The translations under genes were made by a program, and so were the position numbers. A stretch of DNA of 63,716 nt, filler included, from Cercozoa sp. M6MM (lineage: Eukaryota; Protista; Endomyxa: Ascetosporea), in assembly GCA_040357565.1 (NCBI GenBank). It is 9 parts of 9 records of this genome, joined end to end, with 100 filler letters (N's around TTAATTAATTAA, not from the genome) between each part and the next. Parts side by side here need not be neighbours in the genome. Positions count along the whole stretch, not along the records: positions 41,082 to 54,011 come from JBDODJ010000369.1; positions 54,112 to 58,493 come from JBDODJ010001154.1; 7 more parts are not named here. One strand, 5' to 3'. Below are positions 45,170-57,985 of this stretch, piece by piece (within the stretch, counting starts at the first letter, position 1; every line of letters starts with the position of its first letter). The notes below the pieces were generated by a model that was given only the letters and a program-made list of their open reading frames with translations, did no database searches and was not told the origin of the DNA.

Positions 45170-46389
45170 CTAGTAGGACAGTCGCAATTCCGACACGACG
45201 TGGTAGTAGCCGCTCTCCGTAGTGCGACACTTGAGTAGCTGGATCTTGACAATCTGCCGGCAAAGAGAATCACGTGTAAATATGAAGAAAAAAAACTGGA
45301 GAGTAGAGCAATGTTACCGGCTGCGAGTGCCAGTGATTGATCTGAGGTGCTTCTTCCGACTCAGAGGTGCTCTCGGTGGAGCTCGAGGAAGTCGTTTCGT
45401 CGAGTGGCAAGTCAGACTGAGAGTCTTTCGCCAAAACACTCGCTGCGAAGCGATGGCGGAAATCAGTGAGGATGTGGCGAAACTTGACCACACCAGGTCT
45501 CCGCATCCGTGGGAACCGAGGACGCCACTTGAACAGAGTCACTGCAACGTAAATCAATCAAATCAAAGCACACCGCAATTCGCTGCATGTGAGAAACGCG
45601 GGTCAGTTGGGTGAGAAACGCACAGTGCGGACTGAAACGCTCCTTTTGCAGTGGAAGTATATTGCCCTCTAAGGCAACAAATAGGCAGTATAGACCCAGA
45701 GATTTCAGAGAATCAGATCAGTGTTCTACCAGCCATGTGCTGGTGAAGAGCATCTGACAGGGTGCGCAACACATGCTGCGACTCCGCATCGCAGTCGACG
45801 AACAGAACACGCGAGCCAAAATTCCCAATATCACTGAAGCTCACTTGTGACTGCGCCTTCAGCGCGGAAGCCAGCGTTTCGCTGACGGTAAATTGTTCAA
45901 ATCGTTCGCGCAGCAGGTCTTCGGAGAACTCTTCATCACCAAAGGACTTTTCTGTGCTTTGTTCATTCATAGCTTCAGTTCAGGACTCAATCCACTTCAG
46001 TTCCGAGCAGAAAAAAGCGCTTGGTACCGCTGAACAAATTTAATGTAATGTGATGCTTTCCGGGAAACTTGTACTTTCGGAAGTCAGCGATTTCCTTCAA
46101 TGCCCTGGTTTGAACAAATCGACAGGGTACAGAAGATAACCCGATAGAACTGCACACAAGTTACGATTCGCACTGAACGAGCTGCTGACAAAGTGCCGCA
46201 TTTTCGATCTGCACAGCAGTGAAGTGCGACACTCGAGGCTGCCGAAAAAGCACACAATTCACCCAGTTCCCAGGGGTCCCTGACCACACAACAACTCCAA
46301 CATTTTTTAAACACCGGAGCAGGACGCTGTTCCGGGCGTTTAATCCGCTCAGACCCGTTTGTGGAGCTAGTGGGGCTCTTAGTCGCCAT
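45170..46389 (-). CDS. AKAP7-like 2H phosphoesterase (2',5'-phosphodiesterase/RNA-ligase-like domain)
   Basis: Two HxT motifs after splicing: GKHHITLNL and RFSPHLTLFK; IGNFGSRVLFV; C-terminal IQLLKC...GYYHV. Confidence 0.78.
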
Positions 46390-46550
46390 CAAACTAATGC
46401 GAAACAAGTCGCAAATCGCGAGCTGTTTATCTTCAAAGAATTTATCGGTGATCGGCGCCAAAAAGTGCTGAAACTTGTGCACTAGTGCATTTAGAGAAGT
46501 GGGTGGTATCTCTGGATTTTACGTAAAGAATTGAAACCGTTTTCGGGCCC

Positions 46551-48030
46551 ATGTCGTCAGGTGACGTGCGTGTGTGCTATCTGTTGCACAGCCAGCACCC
46601 ATCGCACCCAACCAAGTGCTACATCGGGTATACGACTGACCCAACGCGTCGTATCAGACAGCACAATGGAGAGGTCAATGGTATCGTGCTTGTGGATCCG
46701 CACGGAAGTTGCTTTGTGAAAGAAAGGTGAAGAAAGCCTCTTTTTAAAAGGTGGCGCAAAGAAAACTTCCCGGCATCGCCCGTGGCACATGGTGTTGTGC
46801 GTCAGTGGCTTCCCAAACGAAGTGGCTGCGTTGCAGTTTGAGTGGGCTTGGCAGAATCCGTCAAAGTCTCGACTTGTATATTCTTTACCTGTCCATTTCA
46901 CTTTTCTCAATTCAATTTTGGCAGTGCAAAGCGGACCACGCTGCGATGCGTATCAAACCTGGACTTCCTGGGCGAATTCAGGTCTTGTGTTTCATTTCCG
47001 TTTAAATTTTGGATAGCTTTGACGCGAATCTGTTTTCTGCAGGAGCTTTACCTGCTGCTGAGTGTGCTGCCATTTCGCAATTTCGAGCTTCAAATCAATT
47101 TCCATGATGACGCTCTGCTCAAGCAGTACCCGGTTCCTGCCACAGTGTACGTTCTCTCATCATTCTGTCTTTGAGCTTTAACGGTACCACACAGAAATGC
47201 CACGGCTCGTGTAATGGACCCGTCACAGCAAGAGTCACTGATTCGCTTCCGTGCGGAGGTCGGTTTATTGAGCCTCACCACTTGCAAATTAAGTTGTACT
47301 GCTGGAAACAGGCTCCCAGGATACTACAAAGCGCTGCGTTGAACTGCACAGTTTGCGGAAAAACTGACGGTACTAAGTTTGCAAATTTCGCTTCAGCTGC
47401 ACTTTTGACTTGGGCTTCCAATTTGAATTTTTGGCTTTTCAAAACAGGCTACAGCTACATTCGGTGTGCTTCTTGTTCGCTCGTGTTCCACGCGGCGTGC
47501 GCTGCTCGCCGCAGTGAAGACGCGAACTTGCTGCCTAGTCAGTTCAGTTGTGCCTGTGGCTACTCTGTTGCTTGGTTTGTTTCTTTTTTGGCCTTTGTCT
47601 TCGGACTTAAAATCGCTGATTTATGTGAAATAGGGCCAGTGCAGTGCGAACAAAGTGGCTGAGACAAGTACGCTGCTTAGGCTTGTGCTTTGCGCAAATA
47701 CTTTTGCTGTAGGATGCAAACATTTCAATTTCGGCGACGGCGCCGCAACGAAGGTCGCCTGTTGTTCCGGTAAACAAAGGATTTGTTCGTGTTTGCCTCA
47801 CCGAGCGCGGCACCTTTGGCAGAAGCCTCGCTCGCCGGAAAAACTGATGTTTGAGGCGCTCAACGACAGCCTCAATCTCAATACAGCCAACGACAGTATT
47901 CTCGGGTACAGTAAAAGCACCAATCACTTGGCACCGTTGATCAAAAACTACACACAATTCGATCGGCAGTCCAGACATCGAATTGAATGACAACGACACT
48001 CTTTCGATCACCGACTTGGATGATGTTTGA
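46551..48030 (+). CDS. SLX1: Structure-specific endonuclease subunit SLX1 (GIY-YIG plus C-terminal zinc finger)
   Basis: CYLLHS...[19 protein letters not shown]; [12 protein letters not shown]; [18 protein letters not shown]; CTVC...[12 protein letters not shown]. Confidence 0.95.
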
Positions 48031-48292
48031 CTGAGCGTCGCCCCCTTAACGACAGATCGTGTGCCATTTTTTAAAATAATTCAGGCGAGGCACCAAAGAA
48101 GTGCACTTGTACTCTTCGAGTCGAAAACAGATACAGTAGGTTGGGCAATCTTCCCGGGGGCCCACGTGTCGGTGGGCCTTTTTCTTTTTTGGAATGCCGT
48201 CGTTCCTGGCTTTTTTTGGAACTGTTTGCGGGCCCAGCGCGCACTAGCACTCAAAAGAATTGCACAGCACACAAGCATAGCAACATTGAGAG

Positions 48293-49185
48293 ATGCAGAG
48301 CCGAGCGATGCGAGCACTGGTGCGCAAGAGCAACACGGCGTGGCGCCGTTCTTTCGCGCTGTCGCGTGTGCAGAACGCGCGCGCCGCCGGCTCGCAGATG
48401 CGCGCCTTTGCGACGCACGAGACGCAGCAGCAGTCGCGCAGTTTCTTCGGCTTCGGCAACTCTGTACTGACGCTGCTCTTGGCTGGCGGTGCGCTGAGCG
48501 CCGGCTACTGGGCTTGGAAGAGCACTGCCTCCTCGTCTGCGCCGGTCGCGCCGCACCTCGTGGGCGCTCTGTCTCTGTGCTGAGAGAGAGAGAGAGAGAG
48601 CTCTGGGCTTTTGTTAGTATTTTTGCGTTGGATTTAACTGCGCTTTGGTGATTGCTTTCGCGTGTTAGTTGTGTGACTTGTGATGGCCGAGTTGTGTGCT
48701 CATTGCTTGGTGTGCACTGATGGTGTGTGCGTGCAGGACATGTCGGCGCAGCAGAACTTTTTGACGGAGAACGCGCAGAAGGAGGATGTGACGGTGACGC
48801 CGTCGGGCCTGCAGTACAAGGTGCTCGTCGAGGGCGACGGCAAGAAGCCGGCCTCGGCCTCGAACCGCGTCGAGGTGCACTACGAGGGTCGTCTCATTGA
48901 CGGCACCATCTTCGACTCGTCGTACAAGCGCGGCCAGACCATCACGTTCGGCCTCAACCAGGTCATCCCGGGCTGGGTACATTACCGTGTCTATCTCTAT
49001 CAATAACCTCAATATCGAGTTGCTCTGTTGACCCACAGACCGAGGGCGTCATGCTCATGAAGGAGGGCTCCACGTACGAGCTGTACATCCCGTCGGACCT
49101 CGGCTACGGCCCGCGCGGCATCCCGGGCACCATCCCGCCGGCGGCCACGCTCATCTTCAAGGTCGAGCTCAAGCGCGTGCTCTAG
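48293..49185 (+). CDS. Mip/FklB-type FKBP peptidyl-prolyl isomerase with presequence and TM helix
   Basis: FLTENAQKEDVTVTPSGLQYKVLVEG; VEVHYEGRLIDGTIFDSS; NQVIPGWTEG; YIPSDLGYG; LIFKVEL. Confidence 0.93.
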
Positions 49186-49430
49186 GTCTGAGGCGTGCAG
49201 GCTACGACGTACGTGACTTGGACATCCTGTCTTGTGACGTAAAAGTGCAGTACTCTTACAGACAGACTCGATTCTTGCAGACTCAGACCAGTTGGTGTAC
49301 CAGAATCGAAGCAACAGAAGAGTTAAGAATTTGTGGGGTACTGCTGCCTGTAGAGCTGTCTGAATGATCTGATTCCCTCATTTCGTATAATCGACGACAT
49401 ACTTTTTTAACGTTAATGGCTTAAGCACCG

Positions 49431-50709
49431 TTAACTCGTCAGTTTGTTGAAGAAACGCGTCAGGCCGTCAAACACAGACGTAGCACGAAGCAGTGTCGAT
49501 TTCGCGGTTTCGACCTTTTTTTGTCGTTGCTCTCGCCGTTGCCGCTGTTCGAGTGCATCATTCACTTGTTCCTCGATCGCCTGCCCCGTTCCAAAACGTG
49601 ATTCCGCCGAGTTCACATACTCGGGGTAAGATAAAGCAGAATTACGCGTCCAAGACCTGCATCGTGAACGTTATCATTGGGAACACTGTTCGCACTGGCG
49701 GCAACACCCTCCAGCACGAGTGCCTTCGACAACGATAGCGATTTTGACTGCCAAAATCAAGTTCGAGGACTCAAACACGAAAAGAAGAAGGGGTGAATGT
49801 ACAAAGAAACGCGAGAGTGGCCAGAATTTTGACTTGTTTGGACGCACGTTCAGCTGTTTGAGCAACAAGATTGACACCAGAACGTTATTCTCAAAAGAAC
49901 GAAAGCAGCTACCGCGACATCGAGAACTTCAGCTTTCTCGCCATCACGAGATCTCGCCGAACCGACTTGTACAACAGTTGCAAACACACGAGTGTTCCCA
50001 TGCCGTCTGACTTAACAGCACGCTCAATCTAAGATCTCCATTCAAGAAGGATACAGAAACCACACTTCAGAATCTCGGCCATCGTGCGTTGTGATGACAG
50101 AAAATCGGCGTTTTCTCGCATTTTGACCTGGAGAAACGCCCCAGTCAACACAGGGAAATTATATCATTGCAAACTAACGCACAAAGTATGGACGAAGCGG
50201 AAGCAAGCCCTTGGGCTTTTCTTCTGACAGTAAGGCGCGTAATGACGGCGCATGTTCCGCTCGGAACACCAATGGCAGATTTCTGAGCAAAACTTGTTTT
50301 GAAAGCTGTGGAACTGGAAAGGGAAACGCTAAATTTACCTGTCAGCAGCAACAAATTTAATCGGCAAACACATCGTTTTTCCTGCTTTTAACTCTTCTTT
50401 CACTTCGCTCACCTGAATACAACGCTGTGATGTTAGCACGATATTCAACTTGCGAAAAGTACTTTGGAAAAACGCCGCCAAAATGTTGCCTGGCGAAACG
50501 ACATGTAGAACGACGCCAGTGCCACGAGTGCAATTGCAGGTCGTGCCACGCGAACCGCCATTAACTCCATGTCGGTCTCTCGTACCCCTGCAAGAAGCAG
50601 TGACACAGAAACACTCAAAATGCAACAAACAGAAGAGACCTCCTGTCGGAATTCGAAAATACTCATCTTCTTCATTGCTAGCTGGGGTTTCTGATGTCTT
50701 TTCTGGCAT
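49431..50709 (-). CDS. Hypothetical protein, multi-exon, coiled-coil C-terminus
   Basis: Exon chain MPEKTSETPASNEEDEYFRIPT ... QAIEEQVNDALEQRQRREQRQKK...FFNKLTS*. Confidence 0.5.
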
Positions 50710-50948
50710 TTAAATTATGCTGGACTGGCCAGGCACACCGACAAAGCGTCATTCGTGCTGTTTTTACCTGCAAGACAATATCCTGCAGGCGCTCCGTTTC
50801 GAAAAAAATAAAGAAAACCGCTGGCCAGCGGACCAGACTAGGCAAGCGCGAGAACGCCGTCAAGGTAGTCGGTGTGCTGCTTTAAGGTGATCTGATCAGT
50901 GCGCGAGCACGTGTTGGGCGAGTCATATCCCTTGAGGAAAACGCCACC

Positions 50949-53900
50949 ATGAGCCGCGCGGATCTTGAGGAGTTCGCGCACGAGAGTGATTCGAGTGAAT
51001 GGGAGGATTCCGAGGCGTCCGAGGACGAGGACGAGCCAGACATTGAGAATGAGTCGGAGGGTAGTTTTGTTTTGGGTTTTGCTTTGTTTCAAATTGTGAT
51101 TTCGGAGCGTTTCTTCCAGATGACGATGTTCTCGAGGAAATGGCGAAGCAAGCCGTCGAACAGCGTCAAGAAAACACGGGTGAACTGCAATGTTGATTTT
51201 TTGACTCATTTATACTTCTTTGTTTGGCAGACGCGCTCGTGGACAAGGTTGTCGAGAATCTTGCTGAATTGAGTGACTCATCGGACGATGAGGTAGCTCG
51301 TTCGTTTTAGCCCCCTGTTGTGTTTCGTTAATTCAACATATTTGTTCTGACCAATTATAGGGCGATCTCGTGCGTATCGGCAACGTGCCACACGACTGGT
51401 ACGCCGACGAGGAGCACTTTGGCTACGATATTGACGGCCAGGCTGTGGTACGTTTCAACCTGCTTTCTAAGTGATTCTGAGTTTTTTTTTTTGGGTCGAA
51501 AATGTAAAAGAACCATTCTTTAGGTTCCTCGTGTTCGCGGTGATCGTATCGACGAGTTCCTCGAGGACCAGGACACGTAGTTTGGGCTGTTCTGCGTGTG
51601 TTTTAAATTTCAATGAAAATGATTTTGAGTGTGTGGCAGTGGCGCTGCGAAACGTACGGTGTTTGACTCGCTCAATGATCGCAAACACGTGCTGTCACGA
51701 GCCGAACTCGAACTCATTCGCCGTCTGCGCAAGGGCCAGTTTCCGGTATTTTCTTATCCGCAAGTACACGTGACTGATGATCATTCGCGCGTTTTCCCAG
51801 CATGCTAACTTCGACGACCACAAGCCGATGGAGGAGTTCCACACGCGTCCCGAGGACCGTATTCAGGTAGAAATTAAGCATACTATCCCGATATTATAAC
51901 GGGGTGTCCTGAAAATGTGTTCTTTAACGTAGCACACACTCCATGACCCGATCGAGCCGAAGCGTCGTTTTGTTCCGTCCAAGTACACTCAACGTTGATA
52001 GGAAGTAAAGCTATAGACGAGGGTTTTGTTTAGGCACGAGCATCGCCGTGTCATGCGCATGGTCAATGCCATTCGCAACGGCTGGATCAACATTGATGTG
52101 GCACGTGGCAAGGTTGCCAAGGTACTCCTTCGTTCTTTCTATCTGTTGCTTGAAAATGCATGTGCCATTTAGCCTTCGTCTTACTTGATGTGGGACGACG
52201 ATGGCAAGGTGACCGAACCGGTGTGGCGTGGCTACAAACCGCCTCCGCAAGTGCGTGCTCCCAAGCCTGCACTGCCTATGCATGCCGAATCGTACTGTTC
52301 TTTGCATCCATTAAGAGTTAGTTTGGATGTGAATTTATCAAGTTCTCACAGGTACAACCCGCCGGCCGAGTATCTGCTTACAGAGGAAGAGGAACAGGCC
52401 TGGCACCAGGCCACTGTGGACGATGATGATCGCGAGCACAACTTCCTGCCGCAGCAGTTCGATAGGTACAGCTTTGTTTACAATCCCGCATCATTGCTTT
52501 TCTGAAGCTTTCGCACAAAACTCGCAAATATTCGACCCGAAATTGCAGTGTGCGACATGTGCCGCACTACGCTGACGGCATCAAGGAGCGTTTTGAGGTG
52601 TTTTTGTTTTTTCCGCCGATTCTAAGTTTAATTTCGGTTTTGATGAACAGCGTTGTTTGGACCTGTATCTTTGTCCGCGCGGATACCGCGAAAAGTTGCG
52701 AATCAAGCCGGTATGTCACTTTAAACTTTAGTTAAGAAGTAAAGGCATGTTGAACGTTTATGTTGGACAATTAGGACTCGTTGCTGCCGTCGCTGCCAGA
52801 TCCGTCTCAATTGCGGCCTTTCCCGGTTGCTCTGTCGATCGAGTACAAGGGTGCAGTTTTTTTTTGCACAGCTTTGCTTCTTATTGCTGAAGTCTCGTTG
52901 GCTTTGGCAGGTCATGTGTCGGGCTGGAAGGTGCGCGGCATGGAAATCTCTCCGTGCGGCGAGTATCTTGCCACGTGTGGTCACGACGGTCGTGTCTGCG
53001 TGTTCGAAGTGACTACTGGTCGTTTGCTCCGGCGTTGGTACTTTGCGCAAGGTGGAAAGTGCACATCGATGCCGTCGGATGATTCTTACGTCGCTGTCGA
53101 TGACGAAGAAGATTCGGTAGCTTCGTTTGCTTCTTTCTGTCAGCTTAACCTGATGTTTTATCGGCGTAGCCACATGCGACGTTGGTGTCGGTTCGATGGA
53201 ACCCTGCTAAAGGCCGTCAGTCGCTGTATCTTGCTACTACCACGTGTGCTAGTTGCTGTATCATTGTTTGTTTAGTCTGCTGGTGGGCGGTGACAATTTC
53301 CTCGCCGTGCTGCACACGCAAGTCGATGAAGGTTTCGACAACGTCGATGATCTGCTGCAGGGACCCGAGGATGTACGTTGTGTCTGCAGAATCGCTGTGT
53401 TATAGTTTGCATCTGGTGCATCTTGTCCTTTTGTCACACAGGCTGATCAGAACGCCGCCGTGTGGTCGGTGCATCAGTCCGAACACGGTGCGTACACACT
53501 TGTGACACTGCCGACGCAGCGTGGCGGGTATGCTTGGTCGTTGTCTCTGTTTGTAAGTGTTCATGCCGGTTTGGGCTATCCGGGGTGCTTGGAGCAGTGT
53601 CGTGTCGGTGCGCTGGCACGCGCGCGGCGACTTCTTCGCATCGGCCGTGTCGGAGCAGGCGTCTGCCGCCGTGCTGGTGCACCGTCTGTCGCGCCGACGA
53701 TCGGTGGCTCGCTTCACGCGCAGCAAGGGCCGACCGACAGATGTCTTGTTCCATCCGGTACATTAAATATCCTGTATCCTTCATCCCTTTTTTCTTTATT
53801 CTTTATCCTTTACCCCCCCCCCCCCCCGCGCAGAGGGAACCCTGGCTGATGCTGGCGCTGCAGCGTCAGGTGCGCATCTACGATCTCAAGACGCTCGCCT

Positions 53901-53958
53901 TGGTGAAGAAGCTCGTGTCGCCCGTGCAGCACATCTCGCGTGTCGACTTGCATCCCAC
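50949..53958 (+). CDS. BOP1: Ribosome biogenesis protein BOP1/ERB1; truncated by gap
   Basis: IGNVPHDWYADEEHFGYDIDG; EPKRRFVPSK; HAESYNPPAEYL; IKERFERCLDLYLCPR; LPDPSQLRPFP; WD40 repeats. Confidence 0.96.
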
Positions 53959-53969
53959 GTAGCTTCTGG

Positions 53970-54011
<42 letters not shown>

Positions 54012-54172
54012 NNNNNNNNNNNNNNNNNNNNNNNNNNNNNNNNNNNNNNNNNNNNTTAATTAATTAANNNNNNNNNNNNNNNNNNNNNNNNNNNNNNNNN
54101 NNNNNNNNNNNTATATATATATATATATATATTTATGTGTATATGTGCTTGCATTATGTCAGGCTCAGACAG

Positions 54173-55778
54173 AACGAGGCGTGACAGTGTTAGTGCGTTC
54201 AGAGCGAAACAACGATCGCTTTGTGTACGCCGAGTTGCACATGCTCGACCAGCCGTACCTATCTGCTTTTTGTTCCCCCTTCCTATGTGCATAATTGTTC
54301 TGGCGTAGAACGGCTATAGTGAACGCTGGCGACGATGCACTTGACGTCAACGAGGACCTGTTGGAGATCACAAATAGCACGTGCAACCGCGTGCTGCTGC
54401 CGAACGCACTGGTGCCCGACAGCACGGGCGACCTCAACCGGTGTGCTCCGTATGATGTCTGCGAAGTCTTTGTCGACAACATGTGGCTGCCGGCATATGT
54501 GGACCACGAGCTTTCGTCCAACACAATCGCCTCGCTAACGCGACAGTTGCCGCTGCGAGTGTTTGCTGAAAATGGCCAGGACTGTCTGCATGAGCGACTC
54601 TGGAGGGTACCTCTTGTTGCCTGCCACCTGTATTGATACTTCAGTAATATGCACAGTGCACTCACACGACGATGCAAGAGGTATACCCGCTGGGAACGCA
54701 CTTTGTGCCGAGTGGACCGCCCGACGAGAATCGAAAGATCGTGCACGACGCCTTGCAGCGCACTGCTGTCATCGAAGGCGTCCGGCTTTACCTGTTCAGC
54801 TTCTGTCAACTACAGAGACGATTCAGATGGTACCACATGTGCACGTGTTCGCTTGTGATATGATACCACACACATGCATAGGCTACCTGTCACTGTTCGA
54901 AAGTGTGAGCACATGTTCGTCACTCTGTACCTTGAGCACACGACGATGATGCGCATGCGCCTCATTCGCGAGTACTTTTGCCTTGTGCTTTGACGTGCAT
55001 GTGTGTACGGTTGTGCGCCTGCAGGGACGACAAGGTGCCGAACGCGTGTCTGTTGGCATGTGCCGACGTGAGCGAGTTCCGCGCCAGGTCGCTTGTGCGC
55101 AACGTGCCGGTACACACGCCTGTGCAGCCGCCCTGCCAGCAACAGCAGACTTCCTACCAACGGCAACAGCCTTCCTTTCGGCAACAACCTTCCTTCCAGC
55201 AGGTACAGCCACCCTCATACGAACAACAACAACACTACCAGCAACAACCGTACCAACAACAGTATCAGCCACAACAACAGTATCAGCCACAAAAACAGTA
55301 CCAGCCACAACAGCTGTACCAGCAGCAGTATCAACAACAGCCGCAGTACCAGCCACAACGGCAATACTCACAAGCGCACCAGCAGCTGCACGCACCGCAG
55401 ATACCCAAGCAGCAGAGACAGACACCCTCACCCCATAGTCTGTCTAGCTCCAGTCTGCGACGGTACGCGCAGGGACCGTACACACCATCCTCGTCGGACA
55501 CGCCCTCCTTGTCCTCGTCACCGCCGACGCGGTCCGAGTACGCCCCGTCCTCGTATGTGCCGTCAGCGTCGGCGCCCAGTTTCGTTCCGGCGCACTTGCA
55601 GTCGCACCGAACGTCGCACAGTCGCGATGACAGTTCCCATGTGCCCACTGAGGTCAGCGAGGAAGACCTTGAGCGCCAACGGCAGGTCGAAGCCTACGAG
55701 CGACTGTCTCGTGAAGGCAAGGCTCGCCAGGTACACTTTGCTCTGCCTTATTCCTGGCTATCTCGTGTATCACCGTTT

Positions 55779-55832
<54 letters not shown>

Positions 55833-55842
55833 NNNNNNNNNN

Positions 55843-55895
<53 letters not shown>

Positions 55896-56369
55896 GCGTG
55901 TGTGTATGTGCAGCAAGAACAGCGCATGCGGCTACGAGAGAGGTATTTCCAGGCAGAGGCTGAGCGTCGTGGTATGGGTGTTGGACGCGGCACGGTCGGT
56001 ATGTCGGTGCGCGAGGCGGTGCGACTGCAGCCGCTGTCGCATTACGGTCAGGAAACGCCCTTCTCTGCGTTGCGTGACCTCGTGGACGATGATGCCAACG
56101 ACTACGACTCTGAGGAAGAGAAGGGTGCCTACACTCTTGTATGAAAAGGGTACACCTTGTGCCTTGATTGACTGTGAGTAGAGGGTGAGATGGCGCCTGT
56201 TCGACACCGAACTGAAGAGGATCAACAGTGGATCTGTCGCAAGGTGTGTTTCTGTCTCTGTTCAATCTTGACCTGACTGATTGGCGCCTTCTCGTAGTGC
56301 ACGATGCGGAATCACCCGTCGATTTTCCAGTGCGAGACGTGCAACAGCGACATGCCAGAAGTGTTCTAG
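54173..56369 (+). CDS. Gln-rich protein with C-terminal RanBP2/NZF zinc finger; 5' truncated
   Basis: QQYQP repeats at about 55130-55420; spliced C-terminus WICRK|CTMRNHPSIFQCETC (W-x-C-x2-C-x3-N-x6-C-x2-C); TAG 56367-56369. Confidence 0.75.
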
Positions 56370-56552
56370 CTTCGAGCCTTTCTTCGCTTGTGCTAGCGCT
56401 ACCGCGCTAGTACCTTCCCCGAGAACCCAGTGCCAGTAATTTCCCGGTAGTTACCGGTTAATTTCCGAGAACAGAAATTACCGGGAAATTACCCGGTAAT
56501 TAATTGAATTTTTTATCACGGATACACTGGTAATTACCGGGTAATTACTGAC

Positions 56553-56626
56553 TTATTTCCAATTAATTACCGGGTTATTTCCGATTAATTACCGGGTTAT
56601 TTCCGATTAATTACCGGGTTATTTCC
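56553..56626 (+). repeat. Subterminal 22 bp tandem repeat TTATTTCCRATTAATTACCGGG, 3 copies plus a partial
   Basis: Units at 56553, 56575 and 56597; the AATTACCGGG core also occurs in the right TIR and repeatedly near the left end. Confidence 0.9.
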
Positions 56627-56717
56627 AGTTAGTTACCAAAAAATTACCGACAGATCGAATTGCCGAATTACATTCGACCGCGTCCGTAGCTCGCTCGCCA
56701 ACAGGAACGTCGGCAAC

Positions 56718-57985
56718 TTGCGTCAGTTTTTGGCACGACTGCGTCCACGAACACCGATACGCGCCGAGCTACGACGAACCAAACACTGCCGCTTGGCCGG
56801 TGGGTCTTGTCGTTCAGCTGGCGCAGCTGCTCTCTTGTGGCACTTGGTCGTGAGAACACGATGCAGCACCTGCACAGTGCTACGAAAACTCCATTGGTCT
56901 CAAAAAAAAAGACAGCAACAAACAGGAGGCGTACCTCTCGCGCGCGAACGCCATCTCGACATCACACTGCGCATGCCACCATGTAAACACCAGGAGAGAC
57001 CCCGGGGGGGGGGGGCTGCCTCGTAACTGACCTTGTCGATTCCTGGAATTGCGTCGAGGCCATCTGTGTTGACTTTGAGCTTCCGCTCAGCACCAGAAGA
57101 CATAGCACCATGGGGGCAAGCATCCTGCCTGCGCAAACAAGAGAGGACAGTAAACATCGCGAAAGTAAAACAGACCAAAACGCCGGTACCCGAAACAGTG
57201 TCACTCGTCTTAAACAGCACCGTGGTCAGCGGCTTCAGAATGTTGGCGTCGGAGTCATTGTGCTGCGTGACCTGAGAGCTAGTCAGTCCCATCTGCAGCG
57301 ACAGGCGTAAGAATTCAACCTTCCGACCTTCCCTATCTTGGATACTCACTGTACCCTTCATCTGCATAAAAATGTTCCGTAGATATGCATCGCGCAGTTG
57401 CAAGGTCGAGTACGACAAAGTTCACGACATTTCGGTGTGGGATGAAGACGGCAACACATTCGAGGTGACTTGCACTGGGCAGTTCAGCCGCCTCGTCGTA
57501 TAGGTACACATGCTGCTTATAGTTCTCTCCAAGCTTGCTGCCGCACTGTAAATTTACCCTCGCTTCACTGTGCTTAGGGGGTGCGCATCACGTCAGGCGC
57601 AATCATTGAACTTGCAGACGACTCCCTCGTTCTCGTGAAAGACATCGTTGAGGTCAATGATGCGACGCGCCATCAGTTGGGGCACCGAAGCGGAGTCGGC
57701 TTCATTGTGCAGATGTGTTGCACCGCCGAACGTTGCAACTACACTGGCCTCTTGAAATGCTCTGTCCCAGGTTCTATCGACACCGACATGCCGCGTTTCG
57801 TGACTTTGGACAATGCACGCGCACGGTACACCTCCTATCACCCAAAGATGCACCGCCGTGCTCCGTCCGTGCGATCGCTGCTGGATCTCGGACTTAAGCG
57901 AGGTACACAGGGTGGCTGCTCAACCGGCAACGTTTCACAACATGGTCGCCCGGCAACCTCTACGGCGATAACATCTACTAACTGA
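56718..57985 (+). pseudogene. C-terminal remnant of an EnSpm-like transposase
   Basis: MGASILPAQTREDSKHRESK has the same spacing as the EnSpm FGPLxxxWxMRFEAKHxxFK motif. Phase-compatible introns 57307-57397 and 57504-57577. Premature TAG 57501-57503. Frame change near the G-run at about 57004-57015. Confidence 0.6.

Noticed and set aside
56553-56626. CRISPR-like array
   Set aside because: Head-to-tail repeats with no spacers and no cas genes; explained as transposon subterminal repeats.
56900-57418. Minus-strand 172 aa ORF inside the transposon as a second gene
   Set aside because: Apparent splice sites do not give a consistent frame; the + strand gives phase-compatible introns and a transposase-like motif.
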